Assembly: GCA_036513995.1 (NCBI GenBank)
Contig: DATBXZ010000139.1
Coordinates: forward strand, 1-32,134
Reading direction: 5' to 3'
Length of the DNA stretch: 32,134 nucleotides
From: Solirubrobacterales bacterium
GTDB taxonomy: Bacteria > Actinomycetota > Thermoleophilia > Solirubrobacterales > 70-9
The notes under the pieces were generated by a model. That model ran no database searches, was not told the DNA's origin, and was given only the letters and a program-made list of their open reading frames with translations. Numbering within the stretch: position 1 is the stretch's first letter; each line of letters starts with the position of its first letter. The position numbers and the translations under genes were made by a program. Below, in pieces: positions 29,393-32,134 of the stretch.

Positions 29393-31189
29393 ATGGAGAC
29401 GCAGCTGACCCGCCTGGGCACGGCGCTGAACACACGCACGCCCGACGTGGTCGAGCGGATGATGCTGCGCTCTTCCGCCTCCGCGCAGACGCTCGACCGG
29501 GTGGTCGAAGAGAGCTTCAAGGAGGTGGGTGCGGTCTCGACCGTCGCCGTCGCCCGCTGGATGGCCGGCGAGGGCGAGGCGGTGGCGCGCGAGGTCGGCC
29601 AGGAGTCCTGGCGGATCTTCGCCCAGCTCGCCTCCCAGCGCGAGGCGCCGCTGAACGAGGTGACCAAACGCTGCCTGCGCTGGCGCGACTGCGCCGCCGA
29701 GGTCGTCTGCGAGAGCGCGGCCGAGCTGGAGCTCGAGGAGGCGATCCTCGAACGGGCGCTGCAGATGCTCCAGCGCAGCCTCGACGTCACCCTCGTGCGC
29801 ATGTGCCAGTCCTTCGAGGACGAGCGCCAGCGCGCCCACGATGAGCTGACCAGCCGCCAGAGGGAACTGATCTTCCTCGCCACCCACGACGCCCTCACCG
29901 GGCTGCCGAACCGGACGCTGATCCTCGACCGCATCGAGCAGACGCTGACCCGCACCCGGCTCAAGCAGGAACCGGTGGCGGCGCTGTTCATCGACCTCGA
30001 CAACTTCAAGGCGATCAACGACTCGCTCGGCCACAACGCCGGCGACGAGCTGCTCTGCGCGGTCGCCGCACGGCTCGACGGGGTGATCCGCGAGACCGAC
30101 GCCCTCGGCCGGCTCGGCGGCGACGAGTTCGTCGTCATCGCCGACGGGCTCTCGCTCGCAGCCGGGCCCGAGCTGATCGCCGAGCGCCTGCTCGAAGCCT
30201 TCCAGGAGCCGTTCACAATCGGCTGCGCCGAGGACACGCAGGTCTTCGTCAAGGCCAGCATCGGCATCGCCACCGGCGGTCGCTCCTCCGCCGAGGACCT
30301 GCTGCGCGACGCCGACATCGCCATGTACCGGGCCAAGTGGGGCGGCAAGAGCCGCTACCTCGTCTTCGAGTCCGGGATGGAGGACGAAGTGCAGTCGCGG
30401 CTGGAGCTCGAGATGGACCTGCAGGGCGCGCTCGCCAACGAGGAGTTCTTCCTCGTCTACCAGCCGACCTTCGACCTCGAGACGATGACGCCGACCGGGG
30501 TCGAGGCGCTGATCCGCTGGCGCCGGCCCGGCCGCGGCATCGTCCAGCCGGAGGAATTCATCCCGCTGCTGGAGGAGTCGCGGTTGATCGTCGACGTCGG
30601 CGCCTGGGTCCTCGAGGAGGCTTGCGCCCAGGGCGCCAAATGGCAGCAGGCGGGGTACCCCCTCAATCTCGCGGTCAACGTCTCCGCCCTGCAGCTCGAC
30701 ACCGACGACCTCCTCGACCACGTCGAGGAGGCGCTGAACTCGAGCGGGCTCGACGCCACGGCGCTGACGCTCGAGATCACCGAGACGACGCTGATGAGCA
30801 ACGCCAAGGAGACCGCGCGACGGCTCGCCGAACTGAAGCGCCTCGGGCTGCGCATCGCCGTCGACGACTTCGGCACCGGCTACTCCTCGCTGGCGCACCT
30901 GCGCCAGTTCCCGGTCGACGTGCTCAAGATCGACCGCTCCTTCATCTCCCAGCTGGCGGAGGGGAGCGAGGGCGAGATCCTCCTCCACACCCTGGTCCAG
31001 CTCGGTAAAGCGCTCTCGATCGAGACGACCGCCGAGGGCATCGAGCGCCAGCAGGACCTGACCCTGATCAAGTCGGAGGAGTGCGACAACGGCCAGGGCT
31101 TCCTCTTCACCAGGCCACTCAGCGCCCAGGACGCCGACTCGTTCTTCAGCCAGTGGCCGGCGACCCGCCATTTCGAGGTTCGCCACTGA
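29393..31189 (+). CDS. GGDEF-EAL dual-domain c-di-GMP turnover protein with an uncharacterised N-terminal domain of about 165 aa
   Basis: ATG 29393 is preceded by GGAGTGGGGAG. Motifs: DALTGLPNR, I-site RETD five residues before GRLGGDEFVV, then EALIRW, NLAVNVS, EITE, DDFGTGYSSL, KIDRSF, EGIE, QGFLF. Confidence 0.9.
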   Translation: METQLTRLGTALNTRTPDVVERMMLRSSASAQTLDRVVEESFKEVGAVSTVAVARWMAGEGEAVAREVGQESWRIFAQLASQREAPLNEVTKRCLRWRDCAAEVVCESAAELELEEAILERALQMLQRSLDVTLVRMCQSFEDERQRAHDELTSRQRELIFLATHDALTGLPNRTLILDRIEQTLTRTRLKQEPVAALFIDLDNFKAINDSLGHNAGDELLCAVAARLDGVIRETDALGRLGGDEFVVIADGLSLAAGPELIAERLLEAFQEPFTIGCAEDTQVFVKASIGIATGGRSSAEDLLRDADIAMYRAKWGGKSRYLVFESGMEDEVQSRLELEMDLQGALANEEFFLVYQPTFDLETMTPTGVEALIRWRRPGRGIVQPEEFIPLLEESRLIVDVGAWVLEEACAQGAKWQQAGYPLNLAVNVSALQLDTDDLLDHVEEALNSSGLDATALTLEITETTLMSNAKETARRLAELKRLGLRIAVDDFGTGYSSLAHLRQFPVDVLKIDRSFISQLAEGSEGEILLHTLVQLGKALSIETTAEGIERQQDLTLIKSEECDNGQGFLFTRPLSAQDADSFFSQWPATRHFEVRH

Positions 31190-31210
31190 GTGGCCGGTAG
31201 GGTCTGGCAG

Positions 31211-32134
31211 ATGGAGCGTTGGGGATTGACGTTGCCGCTGCCGGGCATCTCGCTGGCCGATCACGAGGAGCACGTGGCGCGGGCCGAGGCGGCCGGCTAC
31301 ACCGATCTCTGGACGGGAGAGACCGCCGGCCCCGACGGCTTCACGCCGCTGGCGCTGAGCGCCGCCTGGACCGAGCGGATGCGGCTCGGGACCGGGATCG
31401 TCGGCGTCTTCCAGCGCGGGCCGGCGCTGCTGGCCCAGGAGGCCGCGGCGCTCGCCAGCGCCTCCCGCGACCGCTTCGTGCTCGGCATCGGCTCCTCCTC
31501 GGACCGCATCGTCGAAGGCTGGAACGAGATCCCCTTCGAGAAGCCGCTGAGCAAGGTCCGCGAGACGCTCGACTTCCTGCAGACGGCGCTGGCCGGTGAG
31601 CGCACCGCGACCGGCTTCAAGCTCGAATCGCCGCCGGCCGAGCGGGTGCCGATCGTGCTGGCGGCGCTGCGCGGCAAGATGCTGGAGCTGGCGCTGGAGC
31701 GCGCCGACGGCGCCTTCACCAACTTCCTGCCGCTGAGCGGGCTGCCCCAGGTGACCGCGCAGCTGGAGGGCGCCCCGGCGGGCTTCGAGCTGCTCTGCCG
31801 CTTCTTCTGCATCCCCGGCGAGCGCGAGCAGGCCGAGCCGCTGGCCCGCTTCATGTTCTCCTCCTACATCACCGTCCCCGTCTACACGAACTTCTACCGC
31901 TGGCTCGGCTACGGCGAGCAGATCGACCCGATGGTCGCCGCCTGGGAGGCCGGCGACCGCCAGGCGGCCGCGGCGGCGGCACCCTGGGAGCTGATCGAGG
32001 AGATGTTCGTCTTCGGCAGCCCGGAGCAGATGAAGGAGCGGCTGGCGGCCTTCGTCGCGGGCGGCATCACGCTGCCGATCCTGACCCCGATCGTGACGCC
32101 GGACAAGCTGGCCGAGACGATCGAGGCGCTGGCG
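31211..32134 (+). CDS. luciferase-like monooxygenase (LLM) family oxidoreductase, possibly F420-dependent; 3' end beyond window
   Basis: Missing from the track because it has no stop in the window. ATG 31211 opens MERWGLTLPLPGISLADHEEHVARAEAAGYTDLWTGETAGPDGFTPLA...RLGTGIVGVFQRGPALLAQEAAALASAS..RFVLGIGSS, which runs to the window end. High GC3. Confidence 0.75.
   Translation, partial: MERWGLTLPLPGISLADHEEHVARAEAAGYTDLWTGETAGPDGFTPLALSAAWTERMRLGTGIVGVFQRGPALLAQEAAALASASRDRFVLGIGSSSDRIVEGWNEIPFEKPLSKVRETLDFLQTALAGERTATGFKLESPPAERVPIVLAALRGKMLELALERADGAFTNFLPLSGLPQVTAQLEGAPAGFELLCRFFCIPGEREQAEPLARFMFSSYITVPVYTNFYRWLGYGEQIDPMVAAWEAGDRQAAAAAAPWELIEEMFVFGSPEQMKERLAAFVAGGITLPILTPIVTPDKLAETIEALA

Noticed and set aside
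29188-30348. N-terminal 387 aa of the 725-aa minus-strand ORF that contains glpX.
   Set aside because: This part is antisense to the GGDEF-EAL gene and Ser/Arg-rich. GlpX homology begins right after the internal ATG at 29187, so the gene was trimmed to 28171..29187.
1-32134. Search for tRNA/rRNA genes, CRISPR arrays, IS elements or transposases, integrases, toxin-antitoxin pairs and known defence-system genes.
   Set aside because: No intergenic region is long enough or shows cloverleaf-like or regularly spaced repeat structure. No ORF with balanced composition shows transposase, integrase, nuclease-helicase or TA-like motifs that I could recognise by eye.

Overview
This is a high-GC window (about 70% by eye). 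The gene content looks like an Actinomycetota-type chromosome, possibly Thermoleophilia- or Rubrobacteria-like; that taxonomic guess is inference only. I read the gene order as follows.

- ggt (partial) <- ftsZ <- orphan parA-like ATPase.
- Divergent from these: two ArsA/Get3-like ATPases ->.
- <- 565-aa orphan protein <- hxlR-type regulator.
- Divergent from these: three pilin-like genes, pilM, pilN, pilO, orf294 ->.
- Converging on that arm: <- pilD <- Ig-repeat exported protein <- pilA <- pilC <- pilT <- pilB <- orf211 <- pilT paralog <- primary sigma factor.
- Then yihY ->, <- SDR/NmrA-like <- glpX, and GGDEF-EAL -> LLM-type oxidoreductase (partial) ->.

About half the window (8.5-24.9 kb) is a type IV pilus super-locus with no secretin gene, laid out as two convergent arms.

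The most unusual part is at 1.5-4.1 kb. A ParA/MinD-type ATPase is translationally coupled to an ftsZ that sits outside any dcw context. Both proteins carry long disordered N-terminal extensions, and these share a near-identical 60-nt / 21-aa cassette.

Other points worth a second look:
- three uncharacterised genes embedded in the pilus operons;
- a 565-aa acidic orphan protein;
- a 22-bp perfect palindrome plus 13-nt direct repeats in the glpX/GGDEF-EAL divergent spacer;
- a duplicated GCTTCA-N5-TGAAG inverted repeat in two intergenic regions.

I recognised no rRNA, tRNA, CRISPR array, IS element or integrase. Many long ORFs in the supplied track are antisense or shadow frames typical of high-GC DNA, and I rejected them. 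All family calls come from motif recognition by eye; no database search was possible.
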